From: Asterionella formosa
Taxonomy: Eukaryota
Reading direction: 5' to 3'
NCBI GenBank assembly: GCA_002256025.1
Contig: NKIB01015078.1
Span: 1-38,409, forward strand
DNA length: 38,409 bases
This document shows, piece by piece, positions 23,969 through 35,544 of the stretch (position 1 is its first letter; each line of letters begins with the position of its first letter). The notes under the pieces were generated by a model. The model was not told the origin of the DNA. It saw only the letters and a list, made by a program, of their open reading frames with translations, and ran no database searches. Position numbers and translations under genes: made by a program.

Positions 23969-24832
23969 TCATCGTGCTCCGTCAAGCAATAATTTTTCGG
24001 CTGCTTCCTTTTCGTCAATGGCTCGAAAGTCGGCCACACACAGCTTGACACGGTCTTCCGTCACCACTTCGTACTTGTGTCCAAGTTCCTCATCAGAAGT
24101 AAGTTCCTTCAAATCATGAGGCCAGATGCCTACATATGTCTTTTCTGCTTTATCCTTCATTATGACTGGGAATTCAATGAAGTTGATTGCATTTTGTAGA
24201 AGTTCAGTTTGCTGCAGTCGAAGTTCGTCCGCCACATTCTTCGCCTTGTGAACGTCATTCCAAAAGGCAGCGATGTCGGATGAATCTTTTCGCTGTAGCA
24301 ATTCATACAATTCCCAATCTCTACATCCAAAGTCTTGAACATCCACGTCTTGTACTGACGTACCAAAATTAGTCGTCCTCCTCGTAGTATGGTCCATTTC
24401 CTCCCCCTTCAGGGGCATATCCCGTATCCTTCTCTTCTTATCTACTCGTTCAATCTGATCTACAATTCCATCTTTTTGCAACAAGCGCGTACTTGTGAAT
24501 TCCTTATTTACCTCGCGCTCTAGTGGTCCCGAATCCGTCAGAAACTTGATCAGGTCTGGTGGCATTTCCGAATCTTCTCGTCCCAAAGACTTAGCTCTTT
24601 GTTGTAAATAATGCGATTGTAGAATATCTGCCTTGTGCTGTCTACCATATCCACGAGTGAATCCATAATCTCGAGCGGACGGGTCGGTAAAACCTCCTTC
24701 GCCAGCGTCTGCTTGCTTTTTTGCAATCTGACGAGCAATGTCAGCGTCCATTTGAGATTCAATTTGTTCCGATTTGGATTGCAGCCAATTGATGGCACGT
24801 CGAGAGAGGGATTTGGAGGAAGTGGAACCCAT
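23969..24832 (-). CDS. hypothetical protein with N-myristoylation-type start (weakly NDUFAF4/UPF0240-like)
   Basis: 287-aa intact ORF with gene-like composition; N-terminus MGSTSSKS. The family assignment is only an impression. Confidence 0.7.
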   Translation of the reverse strand: MGSTSSKSLSRRAINWLQSKSEQIESQMDADIARQIAKKQADAGEGGFTDPSARDYGFTRGYGRQHKADILQSHYLQQRAKSLGREDSEMPPDLIKFLTDSGPLEREVNKEFTSTRLLQKDGIVDQIERVDKKRRIRDMPLKGEEMDHTTRRTTNFGTSVQDVDVQDFGCRDWELYELLQRKDSSDIAAFWNDVHKAKNVADELRLQQTELLQNAINFIEFPVIMKDKAEKTYVGIWPHDLKELTSDEELGHKYEVVTEDRVKLCVADFRAIDEKEAAEKLLLDGAR

Positions 24833-25119
24833 GAGTATGATTGTGGGTGTGTTATGGAAATGATGAGTGTTGGGGACTGTTATATGCGATGGATGAACCG
24901 TTAGTCAACGAAAGCTGACGACGATGATCCATCCACAATGAGATGAAAAGTCAGCACATGATTCAGGCACCATAACAGGCCCTTAAATACCTACCGGCAT
25001 ACCGGTACCAGGTAGCTACCAAGTACAGTACATAGATATTATGTCACGTATGTTCATACAGAGCAGTATTAGCTCGGCTGTTCTTAGGGTATGTACCGGT
25101 ATTGTTCAAATCATGGTAT

Positions 25120-25990
25120 ACCGTTATCATGTTAAATTCCTTCCACCAATAGCAGTATGCATTTGTACAACATTGAACTAGAAATCGATTTACAATTGTT
25201 TCAACACCACTGATTTCAGATCAGTGAGATCTTGGATCTTCTACCCAAACTTTCATATTGATAACCAAGTAATGATAATGATCTGTTCTTGATCATTTAA
25301 TCATTCTTTTACATCATAAAATGTATATAATATTGTTTTACCTACATTGTCAGTAGCTCCAATGGAAATGACATGCCACCCTGTGAATAGTTCATTACAT
25401 AGAACATCCCATCTTGTTAATTCTATGTTTGTCTTCCTTAACAATAGTTCAAATATTTCTTCACCAGAAATAGTTTCTATATGTAATATTGATGATGTGC
25501 ACATGGATGGAATGCTGTTAACCCCAACCCAAATCACTCTAGATTTTGTCAGCTTTATACCTGGGAGTTGCAGAAAAGACGGTTTTTACTTTGAGAAAAA
25601 CAGAGCTAAATTTCCTATTTACTGGAAGTTGCTCTGGTACCCTGAAAGGTCTGGTAGTGCATGTTTTATGCACACCTTTTCAAATGATTCATCCCTTGCC
25701 TACCAGACAAGATAGGCCAGCTTTTGATGAGAATAATATTCCTTGAATAATTTAAGAAAACATCATTACTCTTATTGTTGACTGATGATGATTTGCAGAA
25801 TCAAACTCTGAACACGGCTTGGATTTGCTGCCTGATCAACCAGTTCAGCAAACTGCCTTCTTGCTTCATATAGGAATCATTTAACATTTAGAACTTGCTG
25901 ACCATGTACAGAATTTGCTGACAACGACTAGAACTTGCAGGCAAATATGAATACATAGATTTTCTGAATGACCCTTGCTTATGCAAATGA
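25120..25990. other. AT-rich decayed insertion or pseudo-coding segment between divergent genes
   Basis: Lower GC than flanking genes, only short ORFs, flanked by GTAC clusters; nothing recognised. Confidence 0.25.
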
Positions 25991-26303
25991 AGGACCGGTA
26001 TATTCATGAACATCCACAACTATGCATTATATCCCGGCTCCGCGCAGTACTCCATTAGGGTTACAATAGCAGGATTTCTGTCCGTACATACCTACCGGTA
26101 TGTTCTACACAATTTAGGGTTAGCGGGAGCTTCAGGGGTGCGGAACCCGGCAGAATGTGGTACCTGTACCAGGGTACCGGTAGCAGATTCCGTAACAAGG
26201 ATGTGGTTACAGTATTCCAAATAGTGTTGGTCACGTGGTTGTAACATGCCTGTTTTTACATGGCACAACTTTTTCCTAGTCAGTCAGCAATCGCTCTCTC
26301 AGC

Positions 26304-27992
26304 ATGCCAGATGATAGTAGCAACGGCACATCATTCCTTCGCGTCGTACTAATGTGCCTCGGCCGAGGATCCGATCCCAACGCCTTTCAGCCAAATCGAG
26401 ATGAGTCCATGTGGTGGTTGCGTCGAGACTCCCTCGTAAGAATTGTTGCGTCCTATTTGTTCATCGGCAACGACCACAGCAAGGAGCTCATATTGCTCTT
26501 TGAAGAAGACTATGCTAGAATGGAACTCAAAAGATCTGACAAAACAACGGCTGATTATCCTACGGAACAACGACTGGTCGGACTATGGAAATCAGCTGCG
26601 TTGGCACCTGGAACGCTCCTCGAACGACACGGGCTCTCATGTCGACTCGTGCTAGATCCCAACATGCCCATTTCCACAAATGAATCTTTTGATAGTAAAC
26701 GGCAACTTCTGGAGCACTTACAGAAGCACTGTTCCTTGGATTTTCTCCGGGAGCATCGATTGAATTCAGAACCTGCCGTGGTGCTGCGCAAGACAAACAA
26801 GCAAGCTCTGGAAGGGGTGCACAGGAAATGGATGACTTCTCAGAAACCAGAAAATGCTGAAAGCGATAGTGAGACTCCTGCCAAGCACTCTCGACTAGGA
26901 GCCATTTACAAGAATCTACTTCAGTCATTAGACTCGTCCTCGTCCACGGTGATTGCTGCCATTCTACACGAATCTTGTGATTCGGAATTACCGTGTTGGG
27001 GGGCACTCCCCCGGGTAACAGAGCCTACAACATTTTGTCTCTTCTTGGGAGCGGTTCGAGACATGCACCCGTATGAGAATAGGATCCTTCAAGATGTTGC
27101 AAGTCCCACTCCGCTGGTGCGAGTTCGATTGGGACCAGTACCAGAATTTACTAGCAAAATTTTAACTGTCGTGGGACATCATCATAGCAATGGGAGATTG
27201 GGACCTGCCATGGTCATCATGGGGGATCGTTCAAAGCAACACAGTAAGCACGAAGATTCTTTCAATAAGCAGGAGATTAAATCTGACCTACACATTGTGG
27301 CCTTGGTTCCCATTCCATCGAATCAACTAAGTTCAACTCTGAAGGACCGGTCGCGAGTTCTCTGGTGTTTGGTTAGAATTATCGTTAACACGCTGTGGCG
27401 ATCGCGAGTCGCCTCCGCTGAGCATGATAACACTAGTCTCTTGAAAAATCAACTGACGCTAGTGTTTAGTGACAATTTATACATTCGGTTGGAGCAAGAG
27501 GATTGGGTAACTTCGCTGGCACAACAACACCATGCGGCTCCGTCGGAATATCAAATTTTAGCGGCTTTGTGCAAGAGGGAGATTAAGAGCGATCTTCAAC
27601 AATCCATTCAGGTGTCTTTGGATGGGACATACTGTCTTGCTGACATCTGGTCGGACGGTGGAGCCTTAATGGCTAGTGTCAGTTATGCCATTGCAGAGCC
27701 TCGCATAGGAAATGGAGGCAGAGTTATGGCACTTTTACGGATTCGTGACGACACAAATGAATCAAGTTGCACCGATGGACAGGCAAAATCGATTCGAAAG
27801 CTCTGCAAAATTGCGAATGTGCCAGTTGTCAAGACTTCCTTCTCATCATGCTGTGATCAAGATGATGAAGGAGCGACGGTTACAATGTTACAGCACTTGT
27901 ACTACCAAAATCGATTGCTTCCTTCAATGGAAATTCTAATAGATAAAAAGAAAAGCAAGAGATCAAAGAAGAAAAGGCAAAGGAAAGTGTGA
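26304..27992 (+). CDS. hypothetical nuclear protein, putative SPOUT methyltransferase-like (TrmY-like), apparently two-domain
   Basis: 562-aa intronless ORF; RRDSLVRIVASYLF, PTEQRLVGLW, LHES, FLGAVRDM, VRLGPVPEFTSKILTVV; basic C-terminus KKKSKRSKKKRQRKV. Confidence 0.7.
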   Translation: MPDDSSNGTSFLRVVLMCLGRGSDPNAFQPNRDESMWWLRRDSLVRIVASYLFIGNDHSKELILLFEEDYARMELKRSDKTTADYPTEQRLVGLWKSAALAPGTLLERHGLSCRLVLDPNMPISTNESFDSKRQLLEHLQKHCSLDFLREHRLNSEPAVVLRKTNKQALEGVHRKWMTSQKPENAESDSETPAKHSRLGAIYKNLLQSLDSSSSTVIAAILHESCDSELPCWGALPRVTEPTTFCLFLGAVRDMHPYENRILQDVASPTPLVRVRLGPVPEFTSKILTVVGHHHSNGRLGPAMVIMGDRSKQHSKHEDSFNKQEIKSDLHIVALVPIPSNQLSSTLKDRSRVLWCLVRIIVNTLWRSRVASAEHDNTSLLKNQLTLVFSDNLYIRLEQEDWVTSLAQQHHAAPSEYQILAALCKREIKSDLQQSIQVSLDGTYCLADIWSDGGALMASVSYAIAEPRIGNGGRVMALLRIRDDTNESSCTDGQAKSIRKLCKIANVPVVKTSFSSCCDQDDEGATVTMLQHLYYQNRLLPSMEILIDKKKSKRSKKKRQRKV

Positions 27993-28689
27993 AACAAACG
28001 AATGATTGATGCCTGATTTTATATTTGATACTGCAAAATGGATGCCAACAACCAACCATGCACCCGGAACCGGATTTGGATTCGGCTATAACAGAACTAA
28101 TACCGTAGTTGATCCCTTCACAATCAGCAACACGGGGCCCTCGTTGCTCCTCGCAAACTTATTCTAGTATTTGTTATTCAAACTTTTACCTTCGACGATA
28201 ATTAGTCATTCGTAGAAGGTTTCACAAAAGCATTTCCATCATGTAAACGTTGATGCTTGATGCATCAATAATAAAACTATAAGAATTTTAGTGGCTGAGC
28301 TGCGCTGAATCTTGATGAATGGGCAGGTACTGGCGTTCTCTTACCGGTAATGACGCTCCATAATACATTGTCCGTATTCTACATTGGAACTAAGAACTTG
28401 ACTTTGGTCCCACTCGCCTACCGATAAGCCGCTTCCTTAAGTTCTAAGGGAAAGTTGCCTTCTGCCTTCGTATCACTAATTTTACAACACCTACACGCCT
28501 TGAAATGCCATGGCCACTTTAACAGAGAGGGCAATAATGACGGCCGAGAAAATCGGTGTAGACAAACGGCAGGGATTGAACCAACTTCTGATCACATGGC
28601 AAACAAGGAGGTTTCCATTTCACACAATGTCGGGAGCAAACGACTGCAATGTTCAGGCTGCCATCAAAATTAGTTGTGACAAGCTCAAG

Positions 28690-31600
28690 CTATACGACAA
28701 CCTGAGTTCCCAGAAGGCTGAGCAGTAACCCGGGATATTCGTCCAAGAAAGGAATCAGACTTCCCTTAGGAATAACAAGCACGATGCACCCTTCCTTTCC
28801 TGCAGTAAGCGTTGAACTATGCACGACATGTTCATTTCCTTTCACCTCGTGAATTACCATATCACCGAGAGATCCAGAAGGGGACTTTGAAAGAAATTCC
28901 GATTCACCTTCAGGTTTGTCGCCGAAGCCGTATTTCGGAACACTAGAATCGTCAGAATATTCGTTGAAGCTTTTTGGTTCCGCAGGCTCAAGATCTTGAG
29001 AAAGAAGGCCAGCCACCATTTTTGATACATCTCCCAAGAAGTGACCACGGCTAAAAACGAGGCCACCAGTGAAAGCGCGACGGTTGTAGAGACGGCCGAG
29101 AACTTTGTTTGCAAATCGAGCCCGGGACGATCGCCTCCTCGCCAACGAGAGCCGCCTTTCCTTGCTGGTAGCTGGCTGGTTAGGATCATTATTCAAGTCC
29201 ACGAACCTACTTTCCAAAAAAGCATCAGCGTCATCGCCAACCAGGTCAATATCATGAGCGTCAGCTGACAAAAAGGCAGGAGTGATGGACCCTTCGGATT
29301 GACCTCTTAACAGCTCAGCACGCTTCTGTAGTCCTCGCCTCAAATTGAGGTAATCGTGACTATCCTTGATCTCAAATGAGCTTCCCTCCGGAATACCATG
29401 CCATGCAACGACGGGATCAGGCTGTATCACATCAGCCGAAGCCAACGACGACGCAGAGTCCCCCTCCTCGTTCGTAGCAACATTGTTGATCGGTTTTGTC
29501 CCCAGCTCTCGAATAGCAGTTATGGCATCGAGCCGCATGGATTCGCCAAGCGTGATAGTTGAAAGCTTTACGATTTCTTCTACATTGTCAAGCACATCGC
29601 CGAAGCCACCACTGTGTCGTTCTTGCGATCTCGAACAAGTCGGTATTATTTTGGTTCTTGCCGGAGGAAGACCGACAGATCCAGCATTTCGTCGCCTGGG
29701 AACAAATGATACAGTTCCTGATACAACAATGAAAGCTTTATCAACAGGGGCCCCGGCGCGCCACAGCCTTTCTCCGTTCTGGAAGCAAATTGGACCTTCA
29801 GCTAAACTCTCCAGATGACGTTTCTGGACAGCACTCAGCTTTCGTAGGGCAGAGTTACAGTCAAGGAGCTCAAGGACATTAAGAGTTCTGATTGCCTCAG
29901 CGAGCAATTGCTTCGCCGTGAGAGGCTTTGACGTATCTAATGGGGGTGCTGTACAAATCATTTGCTTTTGATCTTTGCGCTCCAGATACTTCCTGTACAA
30001 TGCAGAACCAGTCTTTAAGATAGCATGCAGATTTGAGAATTCAACTGTGATAACCTGAAAAGGTGGTGAGGGCACAGTGAAATAAGGACCAATTACGAAA
30101 AGATGATCAACGCAACGTACCTTGACACCTTCTGATGACATGGCAACAACATCGTGAGAATCAACAAAGGGACTGTCTCCACTCAGGCACTTCTCTGGCT
30201 GCAACGCAATCGGTCCAGTCCAGTCTCCTGCATACCAAACTGCTCCTAATATTCGGTTTGAATCAGCCGCTTGACTCGGAACTAATGCGGCATTGGTCCT
30301 GCCCACACCGTTCCTAGTCTTTACAGAATTCGTTTCGCGCTCGACACATGTTCCTTCCCAAACAACACAAAGCACGGCATTTCGACGTGCCGACGAGACG
30401 ATGACATCGTCTTTGCAGTAAGCGTCCACTCTAGCCGTTTCAAGCACCTCCATTGTAGAGGCGTAGGACAGGCTGGACAAGAAGGGAACAGCACTCAGGA
30501 GATTTAGGATAAACCAAGCATCAGTACTCGATGCTGGTCTCAAAGCAACCAGTGGAGGGGTAATACTATTGTCTGGTCCGAAGAGAGAATTCGATCGGAC
30601 CTTCGAATTAATCGAAGCAACAGAGAGATTCGAAAACGACGACCCCATAGAGTGAGGATCAGCTGCTTGGGAGTCAGAAACATCGTCATTGATTGCTCCA
30701 TATTCATTGCTGGCGTTGCCCCAAGGCGAGTTGAACAAGGCGTCTTCCTCGAGGCTGCGAGTCTGAGTACTTCTTTCGCCAAGATGATAGAGATTCCCGA
30801 AAATACTACGGTTGGCGCTTGTACTCAACTTGTCGAACTTGTCAAGTCGAATAGTTCCTGCAGTTCCCGTAGGAGCAACTCGGAGCTCGCAACCTTCTGG
30901 AAGCGCCGATGTATGAACAACATACAATCGTTTCTTGACTCTTGAAGGAAGTGCAAGCAGGACATCGAGGGGGGTATGGATTGGGGGAGCTCCCGCCTCG
31001 TGAAGTAGCAAATCAGTTTCCTGTAATGGGAGATTTCTCAGGTCGTCCGCGCGAGCTTTTGAAAGAACACCCTAAAGTATGAAAATAGTGAGTCACCGAT
31101 TACAGATTGTGTCAACGCACGAAAGGGGGCTTGATTACTTACTGATTCTTGAAGCTTGTCAATCGCTGGGGGGCTATTGAAATGATCGCCAGTAAAGACC
31201 ATTGATCTGCCTCGCCACTCGACCTTGAACCCAACGCATGGGATTGTATGGAGTGTGTATGTAAAGTGGAACGTTGCTCCTTGGAACCTCAATGGCTTCC
31301 CAATAATCGCAGGCTTATGACGATGACTGTGCCTCAGAAGGGCCGGACTCAGCGCCGATAAAGCCGCATACTTGCGAATGAAACTTTTGTAGATAGTCGG
31401 CGTTGTAATGACCACAACTGGTGAACCGGTCAACACCTTTTGAAATGCTCCCGCATCGTGATCAGCGTGACAATGTGTTAAAATAATACCGACAATTGTT
31501 CGTGGTCGTATCCCTTCACGTTCCAGGGTTGCTGATGAGTACGGCGGTGGATCAATCATCACGCCACGGCCATTGATCCACAACACATATCCTGAAGTAG

Positions 31601-33377
31601 AACCAACTTTATCAAAACCATGAGAGTTGCCGAGTACTGTAACTCCAAACGATGGAGGATGGAAAGTAGGTGGTAATCTGTTCTTGTTGAAGAAGTTGTC
31701 AGCGATTTCTGAGCTATCAGAATCGTAGTCTACGGCCATTTCATCAGCAGCGATGGACTCATTGGCAAATTTTTGATCCAAAATTGACTTTCCGCCGAAT
31801 CCATCAACTCCCATTGACTCTGATACTTTCACATTACCTGAAAAACGAGCCTTGCCGGTGATATAATTGTTTTCATCAATGTCATGTAGAATATATTCTG
31901 TTCCACCAGGCATCTTGAAAATTTCAACACGTTTGCACTTTCGACATATTATGTCTTCCTCCGAAGCGTTGGTAGGCCACACAGTCGACACATCACCTGA
32001 AATCCAAAGGCATGTTAATGACGTTGAGACACAACGCAATGCGATCATAAACAGCAAATACTCACCAATCCATCTTGCTTGAGAATACGTCCATGGCGTC
32101 CTTCCTGATTGCTCGAACTCTTCGGCAAAATCGTCCTCGTCCTCGTCCTTCATTTCCTCGAATTCGTATTCCTCCGGAATTTCCGCGACACGTGGCGTTT
32201 CCGGCGAGATGCTATCAATAATATCTTCTTCGTTAAGAAGAGGAGGAACGCCCAAATGTTCGTGGGAGCCGCTCTCGCCTGGAAGTTCAAAATGTCGAAA
32301 GTTGAGCAAAGTCTCTATAACAAGCTCATTGCCATCCGGCATAATTCGAAAGTGCTTCAATTCTTTGTTAAAGTTTGGAATCATGTCACGAGGGAAATCT
32401 GGCGCAAAATCCTCCTCTTCGTACTCTATTGAATGTTCTCCCATTCTAAATTGGGCAGGACCTAGTAAAGTCTCCGCGAACACTCTTCTAATGTTCCGTT
32501 CAGCTTCCTCCGAGTCCACGACCAATGTACATCGCTTTTTGTATACAAAGTAATTGAAGTATGCCGGAAACTCAAATTCGGCAAGGTTGACACCCAAGGC
32601 TGGTCCCATCTCTCTGCAAAATCGCTCCACAGGGACAATGTAAACAGCAGGAACAGAAAGTCCCAACCGCATGCTATCCTTGATGGTTTCCGGGGGTATC
32701 CCAAACTAGTATAAGGTATAGTCGTGGCCATGATTTCAAAATCATAATGAAGGAAAAGAGGAAATGAGAAAGCGATTCCAGAATGTAAAAGAACACAACA
32801 TGTATGTACATACCTGCACCCGTCCAACAGCTTCGGTTTCCACACTGATCCCACCCCGAGGAAGCATTGTTTGCTCCAAAAGTGGGATTAAATCGTATGA
32901 GTGCAATAAATTCGGTGAATCTTCAAATGCGGTTCCTGAAGCGTCACTACTGGTGGAACAATGCCGTAAGGGTTGGATGCGACCTGGCAATAGCGGATAT
33001 ACCGTGTCGATCACTGATGGAACTTGTTCGGGTTCTGCTGCGTCTTGGTCACTGACTGTACCATTGGTTTTGGAATTAGTCACACTGATATCATCGTTGG
33101 GACATTGTGCTGCTGTTACAGTAGTCTGGCTGGTAGATTGAGTTTGATTGGACATGTTCTTGACGACCGTAGCGTCGTGCAGTTGTTGCTGATTGACTTC
33201 GGCTTCTGGTGCAGCCCTCGCTCCGATCGAATTATCAGTTATGGAATCAGCGAGTGGTAACTGAGGAGCGGGGAAACTATCTACACCACCTGCCCGAGTG
33301 TCACTCTCCACTAAGAGTGTCGAGTTACCAGCTGTCGTCCTTTTTCCAGGGAACAGACTCTTGAAATTAAACTTCAT
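28690..33377 (-). CDS. metallo-beta-lactamase-fold hydrolase fused to two cyclic-nucleotide-binding-like domains (putative cNMP phosphodiesterase); exons 33377-32814, 32705-32066, 31996-31143, 31071-30121, 30054-28690
   Basis: VQ|FGIPPETIKD, LGNSHGFD, IDPP, THCHADHDAG (HxHxDH), HTIP, FTGD, LHEAGAPPIHT; CNB-like segments LSAVPFLSSL..VVWEG and ERLWRAGAPVDKAFIVVSG..GHFLGD; four GT-AG introns (108, 69, 71, 66 bp). Confidence 0.88.
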
Positions 33378-35544
33378 GTTGTTCTACCTCTAGTGAATCA
33401 CCGATTACGAGAGGAAAGAGAATGCTTAGGATGCTGCCGGTTGCCTTCTTGGAACAACTCTATGCAACTTCCCCTCAATGAGCCAACAAAAAGCAATCTC
33501 CAGATGACACAAACGTATTATCAATACTGCATTCAACGCCGAGACGGTCAGACGATCGAGCCGTGGCGAGGTCGTCGTGGAAGAAGGCACAAGGTTGGAA
33601 TGGATCAAGGAGCCGAATAGACTCGATGCCTCCAATGACAACAGCCAAGGTCGGGGTGAAGTGAATTAATTTCAATCGAAGGAGCCTTGAGTAAAACTGG
33701 CTAATTGCGGCAATCCAGGGAAGGCCTCACAAAGCTTATACCCTATATAACTAGTTGGCAGAGGTTTGTTGATACATAAATTAGACCAATGATTATATAC
33801 CGGTATACAATCTGGAAATACCTGTACTCCGAGTACGTACAACTGCCTTTACATAGCACGAGGGAAATTCAACGAACCAGGAGGTTGCGTGCACAATTCC
33901 AAGCCATCAGACCACACAGACTGGCTGGAAGTTGGCTCCATACATGTGAACATAGGAACCACTACGGTGCGACGTTCGACGAAAGGTCATTCCTTGAGGT
34001 CATAAATCAGACAATGAATGCATCAGCCAAGCAGTAAATGGGCTCTGCAATAATCATAAAAGCTGCTCAGTAAGTAGGTTTCTACACTATTCATTACGAA
34101 TCGCCTTCGGTCATGACACGGAGACCTTCCATGTTTTAAACTAAAAAGAAGGAAGTCGCAGTTCCCAGCCTTGTCATCATAAATAAGATACCGGTATGGA
34201 TGTCCCGCCCAAATAAAAAGAATTCAATTACCGGTATTTAAGAGTATATACCAGCATATCATTCCTAGGTACCTGCTACCGGTATCAGGTCCTGTCAGAA
34301 TGTGTCTGTTAGGCTGTTAATGTCAATAGGTGTCCGAAGTCTAGATGTAGCGACCGGGTAGTCAAGAATAGACAGTATTTATTTAGCGGCAGAATAACAT
34401 GCAGACGAGCGGCGCGAGAAAGATCTTGACTGGTCATTCCTGGACAGTACTGGAGCGCGCTCGGAAGAAGCGCCATAAAGCAATTTACATAGTGTACATA
34501 CCGGTATCGGTACCAGGTGAAGTATCTAGCTAGAAGTAGTAGTATTTGTTGAATATATGAGCTTATTAATTAATTCTTATGTACAACTTGCTTCCGAAGT
34601 TGACATCAAAGTATACAATAGGTGTTAGTCGAGTTCTGATATATTTGATACAACACTAACCCTGTATACATCCTGTGCAGGATCGCTCACCAGGTACCAG
34701 GTCCCTCGTACCTGCAAGTTGTGGTCATTTTGCTTGGACAGACAATGTAATATGGGATAAAGAAAACTGAGCTTATTCTGTTAAACAAGGATGAACAGTG
34801 GAAAGGATGTGTAACCAGAAGCATAATATATGTTATTAAATAGCAACCAATTTAACTCGATTAGAGTTTACTATTGATCGAAGAACATGTTAAAATGCAT
34901 GTTTGACCAATGGTAGGATATCCTTAGATCTGTAGAAATAATTACGTTAGGTCCAACGCTAAAATACCATTTGGTCAAAGGACTTCAAACATTAGATTGA
35001 CAGATCAATTGATCTTTAGATTGTAAACTGGAAAAACATTTGATAAAACAGTGATGGCAGTTCTGTGTTAACAATGATGCCATTGTTTGATCAATGAGTT
35101 TTGAACATATTGATGTATAAATACATTCAATGTATAATTGAAACAGTAAACTAATTGATGTACATAAGAACTGTTTGATATAATAACAATTTATATATAT
35201 ATTAAAATCCTGCATATTTAGTATGTTTATCATCAAAACATTTTGTGTGGAATCTATCAAAAAAAGTCATACTGCGATAATTTAGGACAGTCGATAATAG
35301 AACCAAAGTGTAAGGCCTAACGCTTTTTTCATTTGCAGGCGTAGCATCAAAGGAACAGCATGATGGTGATAATGGAAATTGATGAAGACATTAAAAATTG
35401 GCTCAGCACACAAGAGGCGAACAAAGGGTAAAGTGAGCCCCCTCCTGGCAACAGGAATAGATTTTGATTCACTCCTTGAAGGAAAGAAGCAAGCAAATAT
35501 TCTGTTAATCGGCTAGAAACTATAGTTAAACGATTAGAAAATAG

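Noticed and set aside
30055..32065. In-frame hydrophobic inserts in ORFs 28690-31011 and 31038-32672
   Set aside because: They are stop-free introns (30055-30120 and 31997-32065) with canonical GT-AG ends.
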